Shown here: piece by piece, positions 53,876 to 63,215 of the stretch | Layout of the letters: each line of letters begins with the position of its first letter | Numbering within the stretch: the stretch's first letter is position 1 | IMG/VR virus record: IMGVR_UViG_3300033489_000001 | Location: 254,023-318,022 of that record | DNA: 64,000 nt | Reading direction: 5' to 3' (one strand) | Source: a virus | Lineage: Duplodnaviria > Heunggongvirae > Uroviricota > Caudoviricetes | Translations under genes and position numbers: made by a program | The notes under the pieces: model-generated | What the model was told of the DNA's origin: nothing | Database searches by the model: none | Seen by the model: only the letters and a program-made list of their open reading frames with translations

Positions 53876-55281
53876 CTACGCTTAAGCGTGAAGAAATCTC
53901 GTTTCCTATTTTTTCATCCGGAAACCAATAGAGGCAAGATCCAAGCTCTTGAATCCCTCCAAGTTGAGTACAAAAGATATCTACAAGCTTGCATTGATCA
54001 AATGATCTCTTCTAAGAGAATGAAGGTTCCAAACAAGGGTCTTCGATCCTTCTTTCCAAAAGAAAATATCCTCTCAACTAATATAGTTACTGCCTGTCAG
54101 CATCACGCAAATGAAGTTGTCTTAGGTTGGATCTCTTCCCTTTACACCAGAAAAATCAAGTTCGAAATCAAGAAGCTCTACAAGAAAGCTCAAATCACCG
54201 AAACAGTAAAAATAGCCCTTTTTACAATTGGGAAATATAGCATTGATCACCCCACTGAAACCATCTCCCAAGAGGCTATTGATCTCTATTGGACCCTTTT
54301 GTTAGATCCTACAATTTCGGGTAAAACTCCTACTGTCTCAAATCGAATAGGAATCCGAACCTCAGTTCATACAAGCGATATCAGAAAACTTGAAGGACAT
54401 AAATTAGCCTCTTGGTGGCTTGGATTTTCTAACCTAAAGAAGGGGAAAAAGATCCAAATTCCCCTTAAAGCTAATCCTCATTTAAGCTCACCAGATGATA
54501 TAGTTGATGGATGTTTGATTCGTAAAAATAGAAGAGGCCGATGGACTGTTGGAGTTTTAGAAAAGAAAGTAGTTGAGGCACCAAAACTCTTCCAAGGAAT
54601 GCCCAAAGTAGGGGTTGATGTTGGATTAAACGTTTTAGCGGCTACTTCAAATGGAAGGCTTTATGGGGAAAAGATAAAGCCTAAGTTTGATAAACTATAT
54701 AAAGCAGTCAAGGATCTTAGAGCTAATCGACAAAGGCAAGACCTGAAAGAAAACTCTCCTAAGCTAGATCACCTTGAAGACAAACTTTCAGGTTTGATCA
54801 AGACTAGCACAGGGGAAGCAGCAAATAGATTGGTCAGAGACTTTCCAAATCACGCTTTCGTTATAGAAGATCTAAACCTCTCAGGTTGTAGGGGACAGAA
54901 GAGATTTGCTTATAGAGCTTTACACAACTCTTTAAAACGAAAAGCCCCGACAATTGAAGTCAATCCTGCTTATACTTCTCAAACATGCCCCTCTTGTGGG
55001 TATATTTCCAGATCAAATAGGCGTGGGACTCAATTTATTTGTAAGAGTTGTGGAAGGATTTCACACGCGGATGTGGTAGGAGCTATTAATTTGCTCAGAC
55101 GTTCTGAGGATAAACAAATTAATGGTTATGATAATCCATCCGAGGTGAAAACTCTCCTAAGAGAGCGATTTCGTTTTAGACGAACCAGTTCCTTAAGAGA
55201 GTTAGAAGTAAACGAGCCTTATGGTTAGGCCAGAAGCTTACTACTAAAGGATCTCTCTAAGAGACGTTGGCACAGCTTCAA
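53876..55281 (+). mobile_element. Non-autonomous IS200/IS605-family (IS1341-type) element, tnpB only
   Basis: tnpB without tnpA; palindrome ACGCTTAAGCGT at the start; right-end hairpin GAAGCT...AGCTTC followed by AA; opposite orientation to flanking genes; ends approximate. Confidence 0.6.
53888..55228 (+). CDS. tnpB: RNA-guided endonuclease TnpB
   Basis: RuvC GVDVG, IEDL, HADVVGAIN; YTSQTCPSCG...CKSCG Zn finger. Confidence 0.9.
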   Translation: MKKSRFLFFHPETNRGKIQALESLQVEYKRYLQACIDQMISSKRMKVPNKGLRSFFPKENILSTNIVTACQHHANEVVLGWISSLYTRKIKFEIKKLYKKAQITETVKIALFTIGKYSIDHPTETISQEAIDLYWTLLLDPTISGKTPTVSNRIGIRTSVHTSDIRKLEGHKLASWWLGFSNLKKGKKIQIPLKANPHLSSPDDIVDGCLIRKNRRGRWTVGVLEKKVVEAPKLFQGMPKVGVDVGLNVLAATSNGRLYGEKIKPKFDKLYKAVKDLRANRQRQDLKENSPKLDHLEDKLSGLIKTSTGEAANRLVRDFPNHAFVIEDLNLSGCRGQKRFAYRALHNSLKRKAPTIEVNPAYTSQTCPSCGYISRSNRRGTQFICKSCGRISHADVVGAINLLRRSEDKQINGYDNPSEVKTLLRERFRFRRTSSLRELEVNEPYG

Positions 55282-55385
55282 ATGCTAAAAACAAAGCCAC
55301 CGAAAAAACAAAGATTGTTCAACGACCCCCTCAAAAGAGGTTATCGAACTTCACGTATCGTTTTTTAAGCCGAAAAGTTGGCTGA

Positions 55386-55952
55386 TTACCCGAGCCGAAC
55401 TTTTCCCCCTGGCTTTATTACGCGAACATTTTCCGTATCCGTTGATGGAGGAGGAGCACTCCAAGGATCAGCAGAAGTTACGGGTTTCTTCCCTTGTGCA
55501 ATCATTTGACCTTGCTGTACGGGAGTATTGGCAAAAGTTAAATCTTTCGACAAATGACCCTTTTGAGGAAGCTCCGGTTCCAATTGGAGTTGAGGCTCCG
55601 GTTTAGGGTCTGGAGTTAGGATAAGGGGTGGTGCGACGGCTGCGGAAGTAGCATCTTGGGGTGACAAATCTCTTGGATCTACCCATCCTGAATTAATTGA
55701 GAGTGGAGGATTGATAGGTATAAACCTTTGAGCTGAGATTTTTTCAAATCTAGGATCTTCGGGATTCATTCGAGGAACATTCGAATACAAACGCTCATAC
55801 CAGGTGCTCACACGGATATCAAATTTAGACTTACCAAAGGAGCTACGAGTGCATTCAGGATTAACGCAAAAGACGCAACACTCACCCGTAAAAGCATCTA
55901 CAGGTGCCCCTACTACATTGCATTCTCCGTAAAAGTCAGTCCTGCTGATCAT
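55386..55952 (-). CDS. Hypothetical protein
   Basis: Cys cluster CCVFCVNPEC; ATGA overlap with polA. Confidence 0.6.
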   Translation of the reverse strand: MISRTDFYGECNVVGAPVDAFTGECCVFCVNPECTRSSFGKSKFDIRVSTWYERLYSNVPRMNPEDPRFEKISAQRFIPINPPLSINSGWVDPRDLSPQDATSAAVAPPLILTPDPKPEPQLQLEPELPQKGHLSKDLTFANTPVQQGQMIAQGKKPVTSADPWSAPPPSTDTENVRVIKPGGKVRLG

Positions 55953-58900
55953 CGCATTTTTTCCGAGTTTGAAAGTAAGTTGTGCTCCCGAAGCTTCGCT
56001 ATCAAGTAATCTTCATTCACTCTAAGATTCAAAGATAACGGTACAACAGTATTCCCTACAATGTCAGTCAGATATAAAAATGATCCAGGGTTGGCTCTAC
56101 CCATGCTATCCCACACAAATTCAAAAACTTGACGGACGGTGTGTGCATTGAGTTGATTGATACCTAGTTTTAGGATTTTGTTTTCAGGGGCAAGCGTTGC
56201 TTCCGGTTGGCCTAGTTCTAGCTCCTTCATTTCAGAGTCTTCCGCTTGCACAGTGGTGGGCGATATTGAACCTCCAACTGAGATATCGTCAGTAAAGACC
56301 GGTTTGACTTCTTTCTCCAAAGGCTCAGCCTCTTTAGCCTTTTCTACAAGAGGACCTCCCGAGGGTGTATCCGTTCCTGCTATTGGATTTTTTCCCATGA
56401 GCCAAGGAGGATCTTTTACACGAAACACCTTACCGTATTTTTCTTCATCGCGATCTAAAGCCTCAATAATCTCACCCTCTTTATTAACACGAGGTTTCCT
56501 GGTTGTACCATAGACGAAATTATTAATAACAACTTCAGTGTCTTTTGGTTTGTAGTCTTTAGGCATCCTCTCCGCTTTGTAACCAGAAGCCCAATTGAAA
56601 CCAACTAAAGGCTCCACAACCAAAGGAACTCGCCAAGGAGGTTCTTTAGGCATATGCCAAGGGGCTTCCATAATGTCTGTGATAAGGGGGATAGATTCAG
56701 CAACACGCTCATAACGGATTTCAAATACAATCTCGTCATGTACTGTGAGCAGCATTCGAATTGAATCGTCCCCTCCGTTTTTAAGCCAGTTACGCTTGTG
56801 AAATTCTTTGTGTAGCAAGATCATAACGATCTTCATGATATCAGCACCACTTCCTTGAATTCGATAATTCACCGAATAGCGCTCACAAGCGGCTCTAATC
56901 TTTTCCTCCAGAGTATTAGCATCTGGAATAGAAAGCCATCTATCAAACGCGGTCTTTACGCCTAAATCTTTTTTGACTTTCGCATGTTGTATTTTAATCC
57001 ATTTAGCAAAGGTAGGAACAGCTTTGTCAAAAGCTTGCTTTCTACGGCGGGCTTCCATTTTATCACAACCAGTAGCTCGCATAATTGATTGAGGCCCTCC
57101 CCCATACAAGAGCGCGAAATTGGCAACTTTTCCTGCACTGCGTTCTTCTTTCGTAACCTCCTGCTTACCAAAGAAAGCCCTTGCCGTAATACTGTGCAAA
57201 TCTCCACTGCCATGTAAGAACTCATTGATCCAAACTTCTTCTCCCGATACGTTAGCCGCAATACGCAACTCTTCCCCGGCATAGTCAGCTTTGACTGTTA
57301 CGTATCCAGGACGAGCCTCGAAAGCTCTTCTAACCTCAGACCCATTGGGAATCCCATGTACAGGAACACCTGAATAACCATGTTCTGGATCTCCTTGTGG
57401 AGCAGAGAATCTTCCAGAAGCGGCTCCAGTTTGCTTGAAGCTGAAACGTAACTCACTGTTCTCATCAGGATTGTTAACGAGTCCCTCGAGATAAGTCCCA
57501 ATGAATTTTTCTGCTTCCCGATACTTCACTATATCTTTGAGTATAGAGGCAGCGTCAGGAAGTTTTGCTAAAGCCTCTAAAGTGTCCCCATCGGTCTTAT
57601 ACTGGCCACTAGCCTCATTCTTTTCGGGCTTAGGAGAAATGTCTAACCCCTTTGGACGAGGTCCGAATAGGAATTCTGAAAGTTGTTTAGGAGAATTAGG
57701 ATCAAGATTGTCCAAACCTTGTCCCTTGGCAAAACGCTGTATACGTTCTAATAATCTATCTCGCTCTTCATTTTGTTTGACTAGTATCTCACGAACTAAC
57801 TCTCGAGCGATTCTAACCCGGTTTCGTTCCACAACCCGCAGCACGCATGTAACTTGCTTTTCAATGCGATACGTAAATTCATGCTTTTCGTGACAGAGAC
57901 GAACCAAATTAGGCAGTTGACACAACAAATAAGTGCAAATAGCATCAGCGCCTACATAATGTAATACCCCAGGCTCATCAGGAGCTAAAGTAGCAAACCT
58001 AATTTTCTTTCTTTTGCCAACGAATAATTCCTTGAGTTCGATCATTTCATATGGATTGTTCTCAGGATCTCTTAGAAGCTCTTTGGCTTTGGGTTTCAAA
58101 CCGATCCGTTTATCTCCCGCAAAAATAGTAAAACACGCAAGCATTCCATCTTCAAACGATTCAGGATGCCACCAGTCAATTCCAGTTATCGGGAAAAGAA
58201 ACTCCTGATCAAATTGAGCATTCCAAAACCCAATGATGACCTTTGGCCTTTCACATTTATATGAAAGGGGATCTTTTCTAATTGCTTCAGGGGTTCCTTC
58301 TGGAATGGCCACATGACAAAGACGAGAGATGGCCGCTTCCACCTCTTGGATTGGCTCAACATTAAGGCTAGGACCTCCATCGGTGGGGTTATGTCGAACG
58401 GGTATATAATACCCTGCCACTCCATCATAAGAGATACAAAACCCCACTATTTTATCAACGGTTTCAGGCTTACCATTTACCCAATTTATACGGTTATCAA
58501 GTCCTGTGGTTTCTAGATCTAAGGAACAAAAACCAGCCTTGATACATTCGTCTACAATGCGATGGACTTCCTCAACCGTTCTAACTAAGAGAAATTCATG
58601 ATGCTTCATCCAAGGTTTTGTAATGTCAGGGACACTTCGCGGGCGATGGAGTGTAGATTCCTCTAAGAAAGTGAGAACATCATCCTCTTTCCCTTCTGCA
58701 CTCTCTGCCTCTAACATCCCCCGTTTTACTAATGCAGAAGATTTAGTAGCCTCCTTTTGTGACTTATCTGTTTTTGAAGAAGCACCTAAATCAATGGTAT
58801 TAAGAAAGTCCCCGATATCTTCTTCAAGAGCAGGAGTAAATCCAGCTTCTGCATCTTGGCTTTTATTCTTTTCAAGTAATACTACCTTACTTGATGCCTC

Positions 58901-59152
58901 ATCTTCTTTTACAGAATGGAGTTCATCAAACAAAGTAAGCCCACCTTCTTTAATGAGTGGGACAGCTGACTTATCATCAGATAGGTCTAAAGGAAGGTCA
59001 TCAACCTTTACTGGAACGGGTTCTTGATCAACTACAGAGGCGGGAGGTTGAGACTCTTCAACAGCCTTTGGAGGTGTAGAATCAGAGGCTTTAGTGATCT
59101 CCCCAACAGAGGTTAGGAGGTCATCAATGTCAGCTAGGTCATCGAAAATCAT
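55949..59152 (-). CDS. polA: Family A DNA polymerase with 3'-5' exonuclease, no 5'-3' exonuclease domain
   Basis: LDLETTGL, WNAQFD, YVGADA exonuclease motifs; ADYAGEELR, RSAGKVANFALLYG, LTVHDEIVFE polymerase motifs A/B/C. Confidence 0.93.
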   Translation of the reverse strand: MIFDDLADIDDLLTSVGEITKASDSTPPKAVEESQPPASVVDQEPVPVKVDDLPLDLSDDKSAVPLIKEGGLTLFDELHSVKEDEASSKVVLLEKNKSQDAEAGFTPALEEDIGDFLNTIDLGASSKTDKSQKEATKSSALVKRGMLEAESAEGKEDDVLTFLEESTLHRPRSVPDITKPWMKHHEFLLVRTVEEVHRIVDECIKAGFCSLDLETTGLDNRINWVNGKPETVDKIVGFCISYDGVAGYYIPVRHNPTDGGPSLNVEPIQEVEAAISRLCHVAIPEGTPEAIRKDPLSYKCERPKVIIGFWNAQFDQEFLFPITGIDWWHPESFEDGMLACFTIFAGDKRIGLKPKAKELLRDPENNPYEMIELKELFVGKRKKIRFATLAPDEPGVLHYVGADAICTYLLCQLPNLVRLCHEKHEFTYRIEKQVTCVLRVVERNRVRIARELVREILVKQNEERDRLLERIQRFAKGQGLDNLDPNSPKQLSEFLFGPRPKGLDISPKPEKNEASGQYKTDGDTLEALAKLPDAASILKDIVKYREAEKFIGTYLEGLVNNPDENSELRFSFKQTGAASGRFSAPQGDPEHGYSGVPVHGIPNGSEVRRAFEARPGYVTVKADYAGEELRIAANVSGEEVWINEFLHGSGDLHSITARAFFGKQEVTKEERSAGKVANFALLYGGGPQSIMRATGCDKMEARRRKQAFDKAVPTFAKWIKIQHAKVKKDLGVKTAFDRWLSIPDANTLEEKIRAACERYSVNYRIQGSGADIMKIVMILLHKEFHKRNWLKNGGDDSIRMLLTVHDEIVFEIRYERVAESIPLITDIMEAPWHMPKEPPWRVPLVVEPLVGFNWASGYKAERMPKDYKPKDTEVVINNFVYGTTRKPRVNKEGEIIEALDRDEEKYGKVFRVKDPPWLMGKNPIAGTDTPSGGPLVEKAKEAEPLEKEVKPVFTDDISVGGSISPTTVQAEDSEMKELELGQPEATLAPENKILKLGINQLNAHTVRQVFEFVWDSMGRANPGSFLYLTDIVGNTVVPLSLNLRVNEDYLIAKLREHNLLSNSEKMR

Positions 59153-59193
59153 ATCTAGTGCCCTTTTGGTTCAAGTACAACCATTACATACAC

Positions 59194-59296
59194 CTGTTCC
59201 TAACTTCTTGATCACTCACTAGAAATTAGGCATTTCGCTCTCTGTTAATAATGGCCTTCCATTGTAACTAGAGTCTTGGTTGAGCAGTCCCAACCG
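59194..59296 (-). ncRNA. Putative TnpB omega-RNA scaffold / element right end
   Basis: Three consecutive stems overlapping the tnpB 3' end: GGTTGGG-ACTG-CTCAACC; CTCT..AATGG-AAGG-CCATT..AGAG; CCTAATTTCT..AGAAGTTAGG; then AACAG. Confidence 0.55.
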
Positions 59297-60610
59297 TGAC
59301 CCAGTCCTTCTAACAAGAATCTCCTTCACCTCTTTGAAAGGGGTAAAGCGCTTGATCTCAGGATCGTACATTCTTGCTAAGATGTTCTGAGCCGCGTTTT
59401 GATCAGCATCTAATACCGCCCCGTCGAAACAGTAAAATTTATCCCCAGACCTAGTTCCTAACAAGCAACCATTTCTAGAGTCCATTTGCGAGGTATAAGC
59501 CGCATTAACCAAAACAACCGTAGAACCTCTACGGTGAGAAACTACATTAATGGCTTGAGCTAAAATACCTTTAACCCAAGAGGATAAGCGTCTTGACTGA
59601 TTCTTACTTCGGGGCTTTTTGTTCTTAATGGGTGAGGTCAGATCCTCTACCGCGATGGTGCTTGCTCTAGCAACAATTGAATGAGCCGCCTTGAAAACCA
59701 AATCACGAACATTAGAAGTATGCCTTCTCTTTTGAGAATCTAACTTTTTACGGCCCAGATTGTTAGTTAGGATGTTGTTTCGTTTCTTAGGGTTGTTACT
59801 CTCATTGTGCTTTTCTGCTAAAGCTCTAAGCTTGTTGCGTCTTTGATGCCTTACCTTTAAACGATCTGATTCAATGGATAGCATAACACCTAGATTTATT
59901 CCGTGTCTTTGCCCATCAGAATCAGTAAAAGCTTCAGTGTATCCTTTATCAATTCCTACTGTTTGATCCCCACAAGGTTTTACAGAGCAGCCATCTTTTT
60001 CATCTACAGGGTAATGTATCTCTACTTTGTTATCACGTAAAATTAGCCGTAAGGTTTTTGTTGGAGGTACTGAAGTATTTAATGGGATAGCAATTCGCTT
60101 CCCTTTATTTAGGCCAGTTACTTTGAGCCAAAGTTTATTGTTATGAAAAAAAGTAGTATAGCAATCTGTGTCAAGAATAATTTGATTGTTTACTGTTGTT
60201 ATCCCATGCTTGAAATGTTTTCTCATCAGTCTTCGCAAATAAGAATCTTCATTCCAAGCATTGGTTTTTAGTAAGGTAAATAATCGCTTTATCTCTACTT
60301 TATTTTTAGTACGTTTGTAGATTATTTTACGAACTTGAGTCTTTGCTGCTTCTCTATATGAAACAATATCTCCCCAAACATCAGCTAAAGTAGCCTTCCA
60401 TAATCGAGCCGAGACATTAAACTTCTTTTTTGCCTCTAACCAAGAATCTCTTACTTCACGATCATCTTCAAAGTACAATCCAGCTAAAGAACCAAAGCGC
60501 CTCCAAATATCAAATCTAAGAACACCAAGGCGGGTAGCAAGCTCAACTAATTGATCAAACTTGCCTTGGTTCAAGTTCTTACTAAAAGCTATTCGGGTTA
60601 CTTTAGACAT
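59219..60610 (-). CDS. tnpB: TnpB-family RNA-guided nuclease (subtype with degenerate Zn finger)
   Basis: RuvC GIDKG, VEDL, DADQNAAQNI; YTSQMDS in place of CxxC; no adjacent transposase. Confidence 0.85.
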   Translation of the reverse strand: MSKVTRIAFSKNLNQGKFDQLVELATRLGVLRFDIWRRFGSLAGLYFEDDREVRDSWLEAKKKFNVSARLWKATLADVWGDIVSYREAAKTQVRKIIYKRTKNKVEIKRLFTLLKTNAWNEDSYLRRLMRKHFKHGITTVNNQIILDTDCYTTFFHNNKLWLKVTGLNKGKRIAIPLNTSVPPTKTLRLILRDNKVEIHYPVDEKDGCSVKPCGDQTVGIDKGYTEAFTDSDGQRHGINLGVMLSIESDRLKVRHQRRNKLRALAEKHNESNNPKKRNNILTNNLGRKKLDSQKRRHTSNVRDLVFKAAHSIVARASTIAVEDLTSPIKNKKPRSKNQSRRLSSWVKGILAQAINVVSHRRGSTVVLVNAAYTSQMDSRNGCLLGTRSGDKFYCFDGAVLDADQNAAQNILARMYDPEIKRFTPFKEVKEILVRRTGSRLGLLNQDSSYNGRPLLTESEMPNF

Positions 60611-60646
60611 TACACTTGACTACTAACAACTTCTCGAATTAGTCTT

Positions 60647-61060
60647 TTATGGCCCGGCTATCGTCATCACATACACCTCTTCTCGCCATAACTTGATGAC
60701 CCCGGCAGCCAAGTTTCCAGGAATCAAACCAGCAGGCTCAAAGCACCACGGCATTTTTGTAAAAAGTACTCCACAGCGCTTTCGATCGAAAAAAGGGCAA
60801 CGCTCCCTTTCATGGACACACTTTTGGGAAGTCTTCGGAAGCTTATGCAACATTCCCTTAGGGGGCGGCCCCAATCCATCCACCAAGGGTCGTGTCCATC
60901 CGTGCAGGGCGTGATCCATCACCTCTTTGGTAACGGAAGGCAAATCCAGCACGCCCTGTAGAGGACGCCACTGAGGCTCCCAAGTGCCCCCTTCATTATA
61001 GATGAGATACAGTTCAATTTTCCCCATCTCAGGGCTCGGCAATGTCAAACGACGCGGCAC
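60647..61060 (-). CDS. Hypothetical Cys-containing protein
   Basis: 137 aa in the replication cluster. Confidence 0.6.
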   Translation of the reverse strand: MPRRLTLPSPEMGKIELYLIYNEGGTWEPQWRPLQGVLDLPSVTKEVMDHALHGWTRPLVDGLGPPPKGMLHKLPKTSQKCVHERERCPFFDRKRCGVLFTKMPWCFEPAGLIPGNLAAGVIKLWREEVYVMTIAGP

Positions 61061-61096
61061 AAGTTATTCTTCGTCCAATTCCCCGTCTACCACATT

Positions 61097-61723
61097 TTAT
61101 GCTTTAGAAGCTCTGATCTTCTCCCCTATTTTAGCTAGCACTTGCTCTAAATGAGTCTTAATCGTTTCCAGAGGCAAAGTCTCGTTTTCTAAATCAGACT
61201 GAATACGATCCAAGATAGAGCCCAACTTTAAATGCGTCTCCATACTAAAGCTGTTCCGTTCCTCCCGTAAACGATTCTCGCAAGCTTCAAATAAAATTTC
61301 AACTTCTTCTTCAAGCGGATCATCCTCAGGTTCAAATGACGGTATGTGCGATTCAGGAGGTGTTATCCCAAAAGCTCTTTCAATATTGAAGAGCAACTCG
61401 GAAAACTTACTTTCTCCATTAAACCTTTTCCATAGATTAATTGCATCCCATTGCTCACGGCAAACAAAACACCAAACGGCCGAATAACCCCCCCTGCTTT
61501 TAGGATAATACCGAGCGCTAGGGCGTTTATCTGTGCCATGAAAAGGGCAAGAAATTTGCTCCTCTTGATCCCCATGTTTACGTAAAGAAACCCCATAATG
61601 ACTAAGAACATCAGCAGCCGAGACTTGATTACGGATATTCTCTACCCGGTCCTTCATCCACTGATGAATTGCTACGTTACGTTCTTGATCAGCATAAGCT
61701 TCCTGTTGATAGTTTCTAGGCAT
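61097..61723 (-). CDS. Stand-alone primase CHC2 zinc-binding domain protein
   Basis: CPFHGTDKRPSA...WCFVC...DAI; no TOPRIM domain. Confidence 0.8.
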   Translation of the reverse strand: MPRNYQQEAYADQERNVAIHQWMKDRVENIRNQVSAADVLSHYGVSLRKHGDQEEQISCPFHGTDKRPSARYYPKSRGGYSAVWCFVCREQWDAINLWKRFNGESKFSELLFNIERAFGITPPESHIPSFEPEDDPLEEEVEILFEACENRLREERNSFSMETHLKLGSILDRIQSDLENETLPLETIKTHLEQVLAKIGEKIRASKA

Positions 61724-61734
61724 AGTTTGAATAG

Positions 61735-63213
61735 CTAGATAGGAAGATTCATAGCCTCAAGATACTCATCGTGAGTTTCAACAGAAAATCCTTGAGGCTT
61801 CATTCGTTTCGGAGATGTAATCCTGCGAGTCACAAAATTGATATGAGCTTCAAAGGGAGGGAATAAAGGGTTGTCTCTATTTTTCAGGTTTGTGATTTTG
61901 GTTAACCCTGACGCTCTTAGGGCATCATTGAGATAGGTCGTTGTGATTACATCGGCCGTCTTCTCACACGAATTTGCGTACGTGAGGGCGGATGCTTTAT
62001 AAATCCCGTCATTTTTGTCCGCTGCTTCCTTTCCTTGGCGATTGATTTGAAAAAGCATAAGAACAGGGATGCCATTATTGTTGTCAAAAGTAAGAGCAAG
62101 GCGCTTGGAGTCATTAATGACAGAGTTCAATTCAATTGTATATTCCCTATTCTTTCGCTCTTTACGAGCTTCAATCCATTGGCCGTGATCCAGCACAACA
62201 AGGCCCACTTCAAACTCTTTATGTAACCTTTCCAGTTGGGACTTTATGTCATCCATATTCCATTCACGATCCGGAGTCACAACATTAAAATGCGTATAGT
62301 TGGGGTTGGTCGTGAAATCTGGAATCACAAGATTGTAGTAAAACTCTTTCTCCTCTTTTGTTAGGCATCCATCACGGATAGCTCCGTAATTTATAGGCTT
62401 ATAACCTTGTTTAGCAAATCGAGCGTTAGATGTATGTATTGTGTAAATGTTTCGGCGGACCTGTTCCCTAGGCATTTCAAATGAGATGAAAACGACATTT
62501 TTCTTATACCTGGTTACCGCGTTGTAGCACCAATTGGCCGCTAGGGTGGACTTTAGCTCACCAGCAAATGCAGCATGTATCCACAACTCCCCTTTCTTAG
62601 CTCCTTTGCAGATATCGTCTATTTCGTTGATCCCTGAAAGTACCCCATAAACTCTACTCTTATCACTTTCAGCTAAGTCATATTCTTCCCGCATCTTAGC
62701 GCCATCTTCACGAATATCCCCTTGAATCTGCAAGTTGTTGTCAGAAATTTGAATCTCTTGCACTTTACGAGTAAAGTGTGAAATTGCAGCTTCAAGCCCT
62801 TTTTTAACTACTTTTTTCTTCTTGTCTTCTATCCCTTTAATCAAGATCTCATGCGTTTCTTTAAGTAGCGCTGCAACTTTGACTTGAGCTTGATCATCCC
62901 GCAACGAACGTAGTAAATGAACAAAGTTTGTACGAGCATAAGGGCGCTCTACCGTAATATCTTTTAAGCGTTCAATTGCTTCTATACCATTCACACTATG
63001 GAAATAATCCAAAACGGTTTTGACCGAAGGCATCTCGAAATATTGAATAAAAAACCCCAAAGAATGCCTGTATATTTGCTCGTCTTCAGGCCGCCCCCAT
63101 TCAAATTGTCCTATTTCTATTGCCCTACGAAGATGTTGAAAATTACGAACTAGGTTTTCAGATGAAACCTCATTATCAAACTCAATAATCGATCGTAATA
63201 AGCGCTTGGGCAT
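61735..63213 (-). CDS. dnaB: Replicative DnaB-like helicase
   Basis: GELWIHAAFAGELKST Walker A variant, FISFEMP, VVLDHG, LFQINR, KNRD. Confidence 0.85.
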   Translation of the reverse strand: MPKRLLRSIIEFDNEVSSENLVRNFQHLRRAIEIGQFEWGRPEDEQIYRHSLGFFIQYFEMPSVKTVLDYFHSVNGIEAIERLKDITVERPYARTNFVHLLRSLRDDQAQVKVAALLKETHEILIKGIEDKKKKVVKKGLEAAISHFTRKVQEIQISDNNLQIQGDIREDGAKMREEYDLAESDKSRVYGVLSGINEIDDICKGAKKGELWIHAAFAGELKSTLAANWCYNAVTRYKKNVVFISFEMPREQVRRNIYTIHTSNARFAKQGYKPINYGAIRDGCLTKEEKEFYYNLVIPDFTTNPNYTHFNVVTPDREWNMDDIKSQLERLHKEFEVGLVVLDHGQWIEARKERKNREYTIELNSVINDSKRLALTFDNNNGIPVLMLFQINRQGKEAADKNDGIYKASALTYANSCEKTADVITTTYLNDALRASGLTKITNLKNRDNPLFPPFEAHINFVTRRITSPKRMKPQGFSVETHDEYLEAMNLPI

Positions 63214-63215
63214 GG

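Noticed and set aside
5249-59027. Numerous 60-150 aa ORFs antisense to or nested in long genes
   Set aside because: Shadow ORFs with no motifs, SD or promoter support
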